Made by a program: the position numbers and the translations under genes
Origin: Rebecca billardiae RCC1528
Taxonomy: Eukaryota; Protista; Haptophyta
NCBI GenBank assembly: GCA_965240325.2
Contig: OZ251226.1
Location: forward strand, 248,001 to 312,000
Reading direction: 5' to 3'
Length of the DNA: 64,000 bases
Shown here: positions 35,324 through 46,719 of the stretch, piece after piece
Layout of the letters: the number at the start of each line of letters is the position of its first letter
Position numbering within the stretch: the first letter of the stretch is position 1
Notes under the pieces: generated by a model
Databases searched by the model: none
What the model was told of the DNA's origin: nothing
Seen by the model: the letters and a program-made list of their open reading frames with translations, nothing else

Positions 35324-36487
35324 TCATGCTGATGAGTGATGCTCGGCATGCTCGCGGTGCTGAGGTGATGGTAAACGCCTCAGAATCCCCGCCAGGGCGT
35401 CGTCAGGCTTTGCTGAGGCGTGCCCTTCACTCTTGGCGGGTGCAGCGAAGATGGACCAAAGAGCGATCGTCTTGTCCGCGGCAGCCGAGGCCAACCAGCT
35501 CCCGCAGTGCGAGAAGGCAACACTGTTGACTGAGGCGGTGTGGTGCCTGAGCACAGCGAGCGGCTGCCAGGAGCCGCATGCGAAGATGCGTACACGCCGG
35601 TCCCAGCCAGCGCTCGCGCAGATCTTGCTGTCCGGGCGCAATGCCAAGTCGTTCACGCCCCCCGAGTCCATCGACTCGTCCGTCACCGGCAGCTCGATGG
35701 TGTGCGCGGTGCGCAGCTCTGCAGCTGCAGAGCCCTCGGTCAGCCCCTGGGCACCAGGGAGTGCGAGCACGCAGAGCCGACGGTCGGCACTCCCGCTTAG
35801 CAGCAGCAGCTCGGCGGCTGGGCTGGATGTATGCGGCGCCAGACAGAGGACTGGCTCCGTGTGTGGCCGATGTGCCGCCAGCAACGCTGCCATCCGCGTG
35901 TCCCACAGCCCGACAGAGCCATCCTCCATGCCGACAGCGAGTAGCGTGCCGCTCCCAGCACCCGCACGCCCGGGCAGAAAGGCGACGCTGGTGACCATGC
36001 CAGCGCGCGCGGCCCCGGAAGCGGCGGTTGGTGGCGGTCTCCGAAGAGAGCACGTGCGCGAGCCCGCGCCGCCGAGCTCCCACAGCGCGAGCTCCTCAGC
36101 ATCGTCTGCAGGGAGAGCCACCAGCCAGCGCGCTGGTGGCTCATCTGCATGCGCGCACACGTCAAAGCGGCAAAAGTTGTAGCACCCGGTCGTCAGTTCG
36201 CTGACGCGCTCGTGGTGCTCGAGCCGTGCATCCCATACGCGCACCGTGCCGTTGCGCCCCTGGGTGACGATAGCACGCTCGTCGATGTGCGCATGCAGGA
36301 TGCGGCCCTCGTGTGCTTGCCACGTGCTCACAGGGCGGCGCGTCTGGAGGCGCCACACCCGCGCCTCGCCGTCGGCGTCGCCACTGAAGAGCAGCTCCGC
36401 TGATGCGTGAAAGCGCGCCGAGCTCACGTCGCCGCGATGGCCCCGCAGTACGCTCACCGGTTCGGGCGCCGGGCGGCGCGCCGCCAT
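35324..36487 (-). CDS. GNB1L: WD40 protein, GNB1L/ASA1-like
   Basis: VLRGHRGDV, TQGRNGTVRVWD, RPDSKICASAGWDRRVRIF..PLAVLRHH, LASAAADKTIALW. Confidence 0.75.
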   Translation of the reverse strand: MAARRPAPEPVSVLRGHRGDVSSARFHASAELLFSGDADGEARVWRLQTRRPVSTWQAHEGRILHAHIDERAIVTQGRNGTVRVWDARLEHHERVSELTTGCYNFCRFDVCAHADEPPARWLVALPADDAEELALWELGGAGSRTCSLRRPPPTAASGAARAGMVTSVAFLPGRAGAGSGTLLAVGMEDGSVGLWDTRMAALLAAHRPHTEPVLCLAPHTSSPAAELLLLSGSADRRLCVLALPGAQGLTEGSAAAELRTAHTIELPVTDESMDSGGVNDLALRPDSKICASAGWDRRVRIFACGSWQPLAVLRHHTASVNSVAFSHCGSWLASAAADKTIALWSIFAAPAKSEGHASAKPDDALAGILRRLPSPQHREHAEHHSSA

Positions 36488-36630
36488 GCTGCACGAGCTT
36501 GGCGCTCTGCTCAGCGAGGCTCGAGCTCATCACGCCCAGCTTGGGAGCCGGCACGCGGCCCTGCTGCATCTCCGGCCGGTGGGCGTGCATCTTCCTCGCC
36601 TGCTCAATCAAGCGCTCGGACGCACACGCG

Positions 36631-37173
36631 ATGCATCCGCTCGCCCCACGTGACAGTGAGCGGCACATCCGTCGGCATGACAGCCTGAGCGACGCGAAGG
36701 ACATCTGGCGGCACAGCCCGCTGCGCTTTGCCGGGTACACCAACGAGCTGGGCGAGGCATTCCGGCCGCTGATCAACGTGCGTTGGGTGTACCTTTCGTA
36801 CGCCTGCTCCATGGCGTACGTGATTGGCGACACGGTGGACAAGTCGAGCGCCGAGCGCCGCCGTGCGCTGAAGAACGGGCTTGACGAGAGGCACGTCCAG
36901 ATTGACGTGACGGCCACCGCCCTCGATGTGCTCGGATGGCAGACTATTGCATCGGTGCTGGTTCCGGGCCTGGTCATCAACCGGATCGTGGCGGCGGCGG
37001 GCAGCGCGCTGAAATCTGCGGGTCGTCAGCCCAAAATGGTGCCGACTCTCGTAGGCCTCGCGGCCATCCCGCTCGTTGTGCACCCTATCGACGCAGCGAC
37101 AGACGCGCTCTTTGATCACGTCTTGCGCCCGATCGGCCGCGACAAGCTGGCAGAGATCAAGAAGTCAGTTTGA
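36631..37173 (+). CDS. MTFP1: mitochondrial fission process protein 1 (MTP18)
   Basis: DIWRHSPLRFAGYTNELGEAFRP, YV.GDT.DK, WQ..ASV.VPG..IN, IP.VVHPID. Confidence 0.85.
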   Translation: MHPLAPRDSERHIRRHDSLSDAKDIWRHSPLRFAGYTNELGEAFRPLINVRWVYLSYACSMAYVIGDTVDKSSAERRRALKNGLDERHVQIDVTATALDVLGWQTIASVLVPGLVINRIVAAAGSALKSAGRQPKMVPTLVGLAAIPLVVHPIDAATDALFDHVLRPIGRDKLAEIKKSV

Positions 37174-38670
37174 CGATTGTGATCGTCGTCATTTTGAATG
37201 CAGTGACAGTACATCCCATGCAATCCATCAGCGCATGGCGCGCAGTCGCGTGTCAGTAGGCCGACTACTCCGAAAGTGTAACGGAGTCTCACTGACCGTT
37301 CGGTTCCGATACACTATTGACTATACAGCGGCGGCTGACGCGCCTGCCGCGCGGCCGCTCGCCCTAGGTACCGTTGTCGACCCCGGGGGCGGGGCCCGAG
37401 CGCGGCCGGCCCCGGCCTCGCGGCCTCGCGGCGGCCCGTGCCCACCCGCGACGCCCGACGTACCCACCCGCGACGCGCGACGTACCCACCCGCGCCGCGC
37501 GGCGTGCCCGCCCGCGCCGTGGCGGCCCCGGCGGCGCGGCGGCCACGCTCCCCCGCTCATCATCCCGTGGCCGCGCCCCCCCCGGGCGCACTCTCCGTCC
37601 GCCGTCCCGCCGACTTTGTAACTTTATTTAAGACTGCAACTTTATGTAACTGCTAGGTCTCGCTCGGAGTGGGCCAAGTCTGGAGGGCTGCGCGCGGCCG
37701 GTCTGTCGGGTCTCACCGGTCTGGGCTGCGGCGGCTGAGTGCCTGAGTCAGTGTCACCGAGTGCCGCTGACTGACTGACTGAGTCGTCGGAGCCGACACC
37801 GTCTTCCATTGTCACTGGCACTGTCGTGACTGAGACTGAGTAGTGAGTGAGTCAGAGTGATCGAGTCACAGGCCGCCCGGCCGGCCCGGCGGCGCGCGCG
37901 GCGGCAGGTCACCGGTCAGGCCGGCCAAGTCCGGACGGAGTCCGGCCCGCGGCGCCCGGCGGACCGGAGTCCGGAGAGTCTCAGTCCGCTGCTAGCTGCG
38001 TCTGATGCTCTAAATTTGTTCGGAAGCTGAAGGCTGGACTCTACAACGGTAGTTAGTGGTCAGTGTGGTCACTACATTTTACTTTTAGTGGAGTCTTATC
38101 GGTGATTCGGTCGGCGTAGTCCGACTTCGGGCAATTTGTCGAATAAGTCGATCTGATGGCAGCATCATCGGGTGACTCTGGTCCTGCTGCCACTTTCATT
38201 AAGCTAGTAATCCAGCGTGTCGCGCATTGACATTTGACGTATGACTATGTCGTCGTATATATATACTGGTACGTACTACTGTGCCCGTCACCGCTGCGAC
38301 GGCGCGCTCACCGCTGTGTCAAGCAGCTCAGTGATAATAGCTAGTCCAGCAGGCAGAGTACAGTCGACTCGGTAGTACAGTGCAGTCTGCCTCATGGCTC
38401 ATCAATCATCATTAATCAATGACTTCCGCGTGTCGCCGCTGCCATAACCTATGTGCTGCGCGCACTCCTCCAATATCATCATTCAATCAATGACTCAATC
38501 ACTGAATGATCAATGACCGGGTACTTTACGGTACTTAGAGTTAGGGAATGAATGAGCACGGCAGCCTGGTCATTAGACATTAGCGCAGCCGAGAGGGGCG
38601 CCCGCGGCGGGTCCCGGATTCCGGAACCGCAATGAAGCCGCCAAGCCGCCAACACTTAGGACTGCTGATA

Positions 38671-39651
38671 TCTCTTTGTTGGCCGAAGATACGCTAGCGT
38701 CCTTCCGACCACAAAATCGCGAAAAACGCCGCAATCGCTTGGTTTTCAGACCTCGGCCCCAGCGGCAAATGCGTTCAGCGACCTCGAAAACCTTGGGACC
38801 CGCTCGGGTTTGGGCGTCAGGTGCCGTAGGCGACCGTCCGACCGCCGGAACCGTCCAAAAGTCGAAGGACGCTAGCGTATCTTCCTTTTGAGGGTGCCGG
38901 TAGTACGCTAGCGCCGGCTATGTTCGAGACCTCAGAGGCTAAGACTTCAGCCAGAGGTGCCCCAGGAGGTGCCCAACATGATTGACTTAATGGGCAGCAA
39001 GCGCCGCGCACGTCAGAGAGCTCCACGACTGACGTTTTGAGTGACACGCTCAGCGACGCGCTCGCGGGGCCCGGGCTCGTCGTCGGACGACCAACAGCGC
39101 TGAGGGGTCACGGCGACAACACACAGGGCGGGCTAGTCGGCGGGACGTGCGGCATTCACGACTCCATCAACCGTTGGCGAGCGCGCGGTGGCAGCGGCGC
39201 GCTGGTCGCACCTGCAACGCCCTGCTCAGGCACCGCGGCTGGCCACGCCCACGGCTCGCGCCGCAGCGGCCGCGCGTAGCTTGCACTGGCGCAATTGGCG
39301 TGGCGTGCGGCAGCGCGGTGGCACTCGGGGCGATGACGTTCACAATGATAAGTTGCTCCATCGCCACAGCCCGCTCGAAGCCCTGCGCCGCGCCGCTTTC
39401 CTCCGCCTCACGCCGCGCAGCGCCGCAGTCATCCGCCAAATCACGACCGTCGTCGAGCGCGGTCGCCTCTGGAGGGCCGTCGTCGCCATCAGAAGAGAAA
39501 TTCTCGTCATGTGAGTTGTCGTTGAGGTCCCAGGCATCAATCGCGCCCGCGGCCGCCCTCGCGCGCGCCCCCTACGCGCCGTCAGAGCTCACGCGCGCCG
39601 GGGCGCCATCGAAGATACGCTAGCGTATCTTCCCCGCGGCCAACAAAGAGA
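38671..39651. mobile_element. non-autonomous TIR element, TCTCTT...AAGAGA termini, TA TSD
   Basis: 15-bp TIR TCTCTTTGTTGGCCG; TA both sides; 22-bp palindrome GAAGATACGCTAGCGTATCTTC at 39611-39632 with imperfect copies at ~38685 and ~38864. Confidence 0.8.
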
Positions 39652-39654
39652 TAA

Positions 39655-39750
39655 AGCCACTACTCCGCCATGCCCGGCTCGTATGGTGTCGGGTACGAGA
39701 CTCAGACTGGAGCTGGATGCAGGATATGGCGGTCGTGGCGCGCGGCGGCG
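39655..39750 (-). repeat. decayed B-repeat fragment of the 44915/49627 element
   Basis: AGCCAC..TCCGCCATGCCCGGCTCGTA..GTCGGGTACGA..CTGGAGCTGGATG matches 49631-49710. Confidence 0.7.
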
Positions 39751-40081
39751 TCACGGCGTCAGTCACGGCGCGGGCGGCGGCGACGCTGCGACGGGCCGCG
39801 GCGTTACGAATTCGAATCGTGATGGGGTAAATAATAATAATAAAAAAAAATATACTACGACGAATAACTACTACGATATGACGACGACATTATTTACTGC
39901 TACTATACTATACGATACTCGATAGGCGGGCGGCATAGCCGGCATAGCTAGGCTCGGCGTCAGAGACTGCACGGGCGACTGAGTGACCGACTTGGGCGAG
40001 CCGAAGCCAGACTGCCGAGTCGGGCCATGCGGCCAGAGTGACCCAGTGATCGAGTGCGGCTGGGAATACCTGACAGACATC

Positions 40082-41816
40082 TCATTCCCACGTGAGCTCG
40101 AGTCGCCAGCGGCCGAGGATGGCGAGGTTCGCCGCGCACAGCGCGAGGGCGATCGCCACAATGGTCGTGGTCGGGAAGCCCACGGACGGAGGAGGCGTGG
40201 GCATTGGCGCCGCGCGGTGTGGCGCAGCCGGCGGCTCAAACGTGGCGCGCGGCGCTCCCTCGGCCGAGCGTTTGGCAGCCGGAGCTGGCGCCGGCGGCGA
40301 GGCGCGCTCTGGAGACACCTTGCTCCGGCTGGCTCCGCCTCGGCTCTTGGCGCCAGAGAGGTCGACCCACGAGCCGGCACCGATCGTCTTGTCCGCCCGG
40401 CCGGCGAGCTTGGCAGCGGCCAACTCGACAATGGCCGAGCCGGGCCCGCGCCGGCACGTGAGCGCTCTCCCGCCCTGCCCGTACAACAGGAGGTGGCTGG
40501 CACCTGTGGCGTGGGGGCGGGGCGGGGCGTCGCCCTGGCGGCGTCAGAGGCCAGGCGGACGCGCGGCGTGTCCGCCGTCGCGCGCGCGCGCACACGCGCG
40601 TTGCGCGCACCCCCGTGCACCCGCTGCAGCCGCAGCTCGCCCAGTGGCTGCTCCGAGCCGTGCATCTGCTTTTCTGTCGCGTAGTAGCGGAGGGTGCGCC
40701 CGCTGAGCGAGAAGACGACGGGCTTGGAGCGCCCCTCGAGCTCGAGCGTGCCCGTGAGCGCTGGGCCGTCCCACTCAGCGTCCGCCGCGTCGGCGCCCTT
40801 TGCGTCGGCGCTCGGCGCAGCCGAGCCCGCGGCCGGGGCGGCAGTCTGCTGGTGGTGCGTCGCCTCCTCTGCGGGAAGGTACGGGACCGCGCCCGTCTTG
40901 ATCAGGTCGAGCTCGTGCGCGACGGCTAGGCATCCGTGGGCGTGGGCGTACGCATCCTTCAGGCTCACGCTGAGCCGGAGGCCGTCGTTCGCCATGGCCT
41001 GTGCGGCGCAGCGCGGGCGGAGTGCGCTCAGCGCGCGCCAGCGCGCGAGGTGCGCGCTCCACCGCAGGCCCGCGGCGCGCGTGCGCGCACCTCCTCCGCG
41101 TAGCGCATCGCGGCGAAGATGTTGATCTTGGCCGCCGTGAGCGGGTGCAGCATCGGCTTGATCAGCGCCCACGTCGCCGCGAAGATGCGCGGCACGTTGA
41201 TCATGTACAGCTTGTGCAGCGACTCTGGGTAGAAGTTTGAGAAGGCAGAGATGTATGTCTTCACCAGGTGGATGAACGGCCGGCTCAGGTGGGTGAGCGA
41301 GAGGCCGTCCATGTCGAGGACGACGACGAACTTGTACAGCCGGCGCTGCAGCCGGTGCGAGTGGTGGATGCACAGCCGGCGCAGCACCTCCTTGTTGTAC
41401 ACGCAGTGCCGCAGGAATTCCTTCTCGTCAAACGTCGTCTTGAACTCGTGCGCCGGGATGCGCCCGATCGACTCGATGATGACCGGGTGGCCCTCGGGGT
41501 CCTCGCCGATCACGCCCGTGCGCCACATCGACTCGAACTGCTCGCGCTTCGGCGGCACGTTCGCCTCCTCGAGGATGGTGTCGCACTGCTCCTCTTTGCG
41601 CCACTCGGAGACTGTCTTCATGTGCGACACGCTGGTGGCCATCCAGTCCGGCTCAGAGACGTAGCCGCGGATGAACTGCACGACCGCGTCGCGGGGGAGG
41701 CCGTTCAGGTCGTCGCCAAGCACGCGCTTGGCCTCGCTGAGCACCGCCTGCTCATCGGCGGTGAGCGGCTCCGACTCCGCACCAATGTGCCGATCACTCG
41801 GCACTCGCGGGGACAT
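40082..41816 (-). CDS. CRAL-TRIO (Sec14) protein with PH-like segment and C-terminal TM; introns 41090-40999, 40610-40504
   Basis: G.DPEGHPVIIE, VVVLDMDGL, FYPESLHKLYMINVPRIF..W.LIKPML.P.T..KI; F.LSGRTLRYYATEK...PLGEL; hydrophobic tail; GTGCGC donors. Confidence 0.8.
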
Positions 41817-42130
41817 GGCAGCCTGCGCCGCGCCGCAGGGGAGGTTCGGCCGTGGGCGATGGTCAGGCGGGTCGCACGCTTGCCGTGCGCGCACACGCGC
41901 GGTGCTCCGTCCGTCCTCCACCGCCGGCTTGCCCGCGCACGCACCTCGGTCCAGTCGGTGTCGGCGATCTGCTGCGCGAGCTGCTTGAAGGCAAGCCAGC
42001 GCCCAGCGAGCTCTCTTTCCGAGAAGCTGCCACGGCGCTCGCTCGCGAGCGTGGCGTCACTCGGTGAAAGTCCGGAGCGCGCCAGCGGAACGGCGGCAGC
42101 GTCCGCCGCTCCACCCGTGGACTCGTCGCG

Positions 42131-42538
42131 ATGGCGCACTTCTTGGTCGGGGCATTCCACTTCTTGCGCGCGCGCGCGATGCAGGCGCCACTCACGTTCG
42201 TCGGCGTCTCTGCAGCCGTCACGTACTACGGCGTCTACGACATCTCGTACATGCTGGCTTCGACCGTCGCGTTCCACTCGCCAACAAAGACGCCAGCTCT
42301 GTGCAAGTACAGTGGCCATGCCGGTGGGCTTGCCGTGGGGGCAGCGGTGCTCTCGCTGCGCTTCCCGAGGTCAGCGATCGTGAAAGCCGTAAGCAGTGGC
42401 CAAATTATGTCGGCACCGTGGATGGAAGCGACGGTGACTGTCGGGACGTCAGCTGCGGCGAGCGGCGCTGTGTCTGCCGTCGCCCAGCGCGTGTGCACAT
42501 CCAGGCGTAGTGCTCATGTGCATGAGGCCAGGAGCTGA
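42131..42538 (+). CDS. small hydrophobic hypothetical membrane protein
   Basis: ATG-led 135-aa ORF with non-Arg-biased composition and ~3 hydrophobic stretches, divergent from the Sec14 gene. Confidence 0.5.
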   Translation: MAHFLVGAFHFLRARAMQAPLTFVGVSAAVTYYGVYDISYMLASTVAFHSPTKTPALCKYSGHAGGLAVGAAVLSLRFPRSAIVKAVSSGQIMSAPWMEATVTVGTSAAASGAVSAVAQRVCTSRRSAHVHEARS

Positions 42539-44281
42539 TGACTGCGCACTAGGCGAGTTAAGAGCGGCATGATGAATTGATGCCAGGCCGCGAGCATGGA
42601 GCTAGTCTTCGCACTGGACCGACGAAGTGACGACGACGATTATGAGTGAGCCCGGCGCCGCCGCGCCCCGGGCGCAGCGGCGGCGGCGGCGCGCGGCGGC
42701 GCGGCCGCACCGTGGCACGGTGCGGCGCCCGGGCGCGGCCCCGGGGGCCGCGGAGTCGGGAGCTGGCCGCTGGCAGCGGTAAACTCCAGAAAACTCCTTC
42801 CATAGACCGTACCCGCCGGCCGGCCGGCCGCGGTCCAAGTCTGACAAGACTCGGGCCGCAACGGGGCCAACTCTGGCCCGAACGGCGAACTTAGTAGTAA
42901 CCAACTAATTTTATTTTAAAGGCATCAACTTGAAGTTCTGAACTGGCCAAGCTCGGTTAGTTTGTTAGCTCCGGGCCCTGGCGCGCCGCCTGACCGTCGG
43001 TTCGGACTGAGAATGACTAATGAACCATTGCCCATTCGCCGCCGCGGGCCGGGCCGGCGCGCCGTTAATTAAGCTAGTTAGAACTTTTGCTGGCTGTATG
43101 ACGGACTCGGACTCGGTTGAGAATGAGCTCTGACAGCATTCGCCGCCGGGCCAGGCCCGGGCGCGCGGTCACGCACACGGCGGTCCCGGACGCGGCGCCA
43201 CGCGCGGCGCGGCGGCACCGGCGGGGTCGGCGCCTATTGGGCTATTGGCAGAGGGCGCTGAGCCTCCCTATCAGGCTTCTGCCGTCTTCGACGCGATCGA
43301 CGCGCCGCCATAATCCCATATCGCGGTGCCACTCACACCGTTATTATATCAAAGGCGATACTGCTCTATGATTCAGAAATATACCATACTACGACCAGTT
43401 GCACGCGTGAGCGCCGAAAAAACGACACTTTGGCAGTGATGATAGTCACCGTCGCCGCCTCGGGCATGCCGCTGCCGCCGGCAGCAGCGGCAGCGGGAGC
43501 GTGGCAGCGGATCTATACCACCTTCTGCGTTACATCACGCTGCGTCGTGCGCGCCAGGTGGCAGGTGTCCCCTGTCTGCCGCGCGGAAGGCAGCTGTCGG
43601 CGAGCGCAGAGGAGAGAAGGAAGGCGCGCACGCATCGTGAGAGCTTCAGCAGCTTGCCCACGCGCTTCACGTAGGCGGTATCGTTGCGTGCGCACGCCTT
43701 CTGTACCCGTACACGCGATCGCAGCGTGAGCCACTCCAGCCTGCCTGCGCATCGCGGGCCGAGCCGCCGGCGCCTGGTCTCCTGAATCCTCGTTCACGAG
43801 GACAGCACGTGTATGTATCCGTGGCGCGCTCGCTGCCGATGGCGGCTCCCCGTGTCGAGGGCGTTTGGCTGGAGCCGCATCCAGGGCATATATCGTCACG
43901 GTCCCACCCGATGCTGACGCTGAGGTGGCGCGCTTGCCGAAGGCAGCAGCATTGGCTGATGCCTTCTGCATTGGCCACCTCTGCGCGACAGCGCGTTCAC
44001 GCTGCCGGCGCGCGGGCGGCGTCGCTTGGTGGGCACCTGCCTTGGGTTTTGTCGTTCGTTCTCAGCGACGGTTGGGTCGATTGACATGCCGATTGGATTG
44101 GGGCATTGCGAATCGGCTTCGCAATGCCCCATTCCGCTCGGATCGGCGCGGGCGTCAGCCATGCGGCAGCGCGAGTGACAAAACCGACATTTCATACGCA
44201 TGTCGTTTTTTCATACGCTCACGGTTACTCACCCGTGCAACGGGTCCTACGATCGACGACACAGTCTATTGACTATTTGCG

Positions 44282-44873
44282 TGTGTCGGAGGGGTTGATG
44301 AGCCCGAAACGACTGAGCGAAATCGGTTCGCGCGAACCGATTCAGCTCAGTCGTTTCGGGCTCATCAACCCCTCCGACACAACCGTAAAGTCACCTGTTC
44401 GAATCCAGCGACCGACACGCAGGCATATAAGAACTCTTGGCCTTTCACGCGAAGTGCTTTCGACCTCGCGAGAGCCTCGCGGCTCCGGGGGGAATGAAAA
44501 GCGAGGCGGAGTCGGCAAAAACGAACGAAAAAAGAGGGGAGCACGAAGAAGATGACCACGACAAAAAGCCAGACGACAGAAAACGAGCACGGTCCGCGAC
44601 GCGCAACCTCCGGGTATAGCGCGCGCTGCGCGCCGCGCTGCAACTTGGGTTGTCGCAGCACTCGCGGCAGTTGCTGTCGATGTCGATGTCATCGTACAGA
44701 CCATCGACATCTTCACCCCTGAGCGGCAGGCATAATTATGGGTCCTCGGGGTAGTGTCCAACAGGGGACTTACGGTTATGTCGGAGGGGTTGATGAGCCC
44801 GAAACGACTGAGCTAAATCGGTTCGCGCAAACCGATTTAGCTCAGTCGTTTCGGGCTCATCAACCCCTCCGAC
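44282..44873. mobile_element. element with ~115-bp TIRs whose outer ~94 bp are self-palindromic
   Basis: palindromes 44282-44381 and 44780-44873; inner flanks AACCGTAAAGTCACCTGTT / AACAGGGGACTTACGGTT are inverted to each other. Confidence 0.75.
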
Positions 44874-44914
44874 CGCGTACAGTACGGCTATTAAGCATCA
44901 AGTAGTTATTATAT

Positions 44915-46570
44915 GTGGCGTTATAGGGAACCTATAACTGAGTGTCTATGAGCGACGCCAAGAATCCGGCTCGCACGGCATTCCTGCGTTGTCCTGTGCG
45001 CACCGCCGCGCGCAGGAGTCCTGGTGCGCTGCCAATCTGGCCCACAGCGGCGCACCTGCAGGACTCGGTTGGTTACCGCTCACATCGGATCGATCAGGCT
45101 TCGCTCTCGGGGGCGCCATGGGGCTGCTCACGACGAAGGCGCCGAGCTGGGCAAGGGAATCGCCTGCATCGGGCACTGCCGGGTGCACGCTCCGCTGCAG
45201 GAGGTGCACCGCAGTCGCCGCAGCCCCTCTGCTCGGTAAGGTCGCTGGCTGTCTGTGTGGCCCGGCTCCCCGCCTGATCGTTCGGCGGCGCGACGTCATC
45301 ATCTGTCTTCGCCGCGTCGCCCCTCATGCAATGGTCTCTTGCTCTCGCCGCTGTCGCGTCAACCCGCACGCTTCATCGTTTGAGATACGCGCTCGCCTCG
45401 CGCCCGTGCGTCGCGCGGGTGCGGCGCACTCTGACGCGTGTCTGCTCGCCGCGCGTCGCGATCGATCGTGCGCGCGCGGCCGCGCAGTCCTCGTCTCTTC
45501 TATTTCTAAACGGGATTCATCAACGACTACTTGGACGCCCGCTCCAACTTATAAACGGGACTCGCGGGCGCCCTCTCGACCTCGGGCAGCAGCTCAACCG
45601 CCACGCCGCTGCCAGCGCCCGCCGTCGTTCGTTGCTCAAATCCCAACATAGCTAACCTGATCGTTCCATGATTGATCATTGTGGTCTGTCTACTCCACGA
45701 CGCCGCGCGCCGCGACCATCCAGCTCCAGAGTCCATTCGTACCCGACGCCTTGTACGAGCCGGGCATGGCGGAGTGGCTAGACGTGGCGTTATAGGGAAC
45801 CTATAACTGAGTGTCTATGAGCGACGCCAAGAATCCGGCTCGCACGGCATTCCTGCGTTGTCCTGTGCGCACCGCCGCGCGCAGGAGTCCTGGTGCGCTG
45901 CCAATCTGGCCCACAGCGGCGCACCTGCAGGACTCGGTTGGTTACCGCTCACATCGGATCGATCAGGCTTCGCTCTCGGGGGCGCCATGGGGCTGCTCAC
46001 GACGAAGGCGCCGAGCTGGGCAAGGGAATCGCCTGCATCGGGCACTGCCGGGTGCACGCTCCGCTGCAGGAGGTGCACCGCAGTCGCCGCAGCCCCTCTG
46101 CTCGGTAAGGTCGCTGGCTGTCTGTGTGGCCCGGCTCCCCGCCTGATCGTTCGGCGGCGCGACGTCATCATCTGTCTTCGCCGCGTCGCCCCTCATGCAA
46201 TGGTCTCTTGCTCTCGCCGCTGTCGCGTCAACCCGCACGCTTCATCGTTTGCCCGCCCGCCCACCCTCGGCCTCTGGCGGATATGGAAGCACTGCAGTGT
46301 CAGCGAGCCATCAGCCTTAATCGACCTTGCTCAGTGACTGACGACTCGCGGGCGCCCTCTCGACCTCGGGCAGCAGCTCAACCGCCACGCCGCTGCCAGC
46401 GCCCGCCGTCGTTCGTTGCTCAAATCCCAACATAGCTAACCTGATCGTTCCATGATTGATCATTGTGGTCTGTCTACTCCACGACGCCGCGCGCCGCGAC
46501 CATCCAGCTCCAGAGTCCATTCGTACCCGACGCCTTGTACGAGCCGGGCATGGCGGAGTGATGGCTAGAC
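44915..46570 (+). mobile_element. miniature split-direct-repeat element A-x-B-A-y-B, family 2
   Basis: A 44915-45382 = 45784-46251; B 45559-45783 = 46343-46570; junction CTAGAC|GTGGCG; AT flanks. Confidence 0.8.
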
Positions 46571-46719
46571 ATATATATATATAGCAGTTAGCAGTAGTCG
46601 TATGCCACATAATCGGCGCCGGCCCGCCGTGGTGCCACTGGCCCGATGAGAGCAGGGCTCAGATGACAGAGTCACTGAGAGTCAGATGACAGCTACACGG
46701 AAGGCAGACTCAGGCTCGC

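Noticed and set aside
37330-37630. GC-rich block (also 42640-42920) as a defined element
   Set aside because: Looks repetitive but no termini or second copy could be established within the window
44290-44345. Hammerhead ribozyme (TGATGAG...GAAAC)
   Set aside because: Core-like words are present but stems I/II cannot be built convincingly and the full palindrome would outcompete the fold
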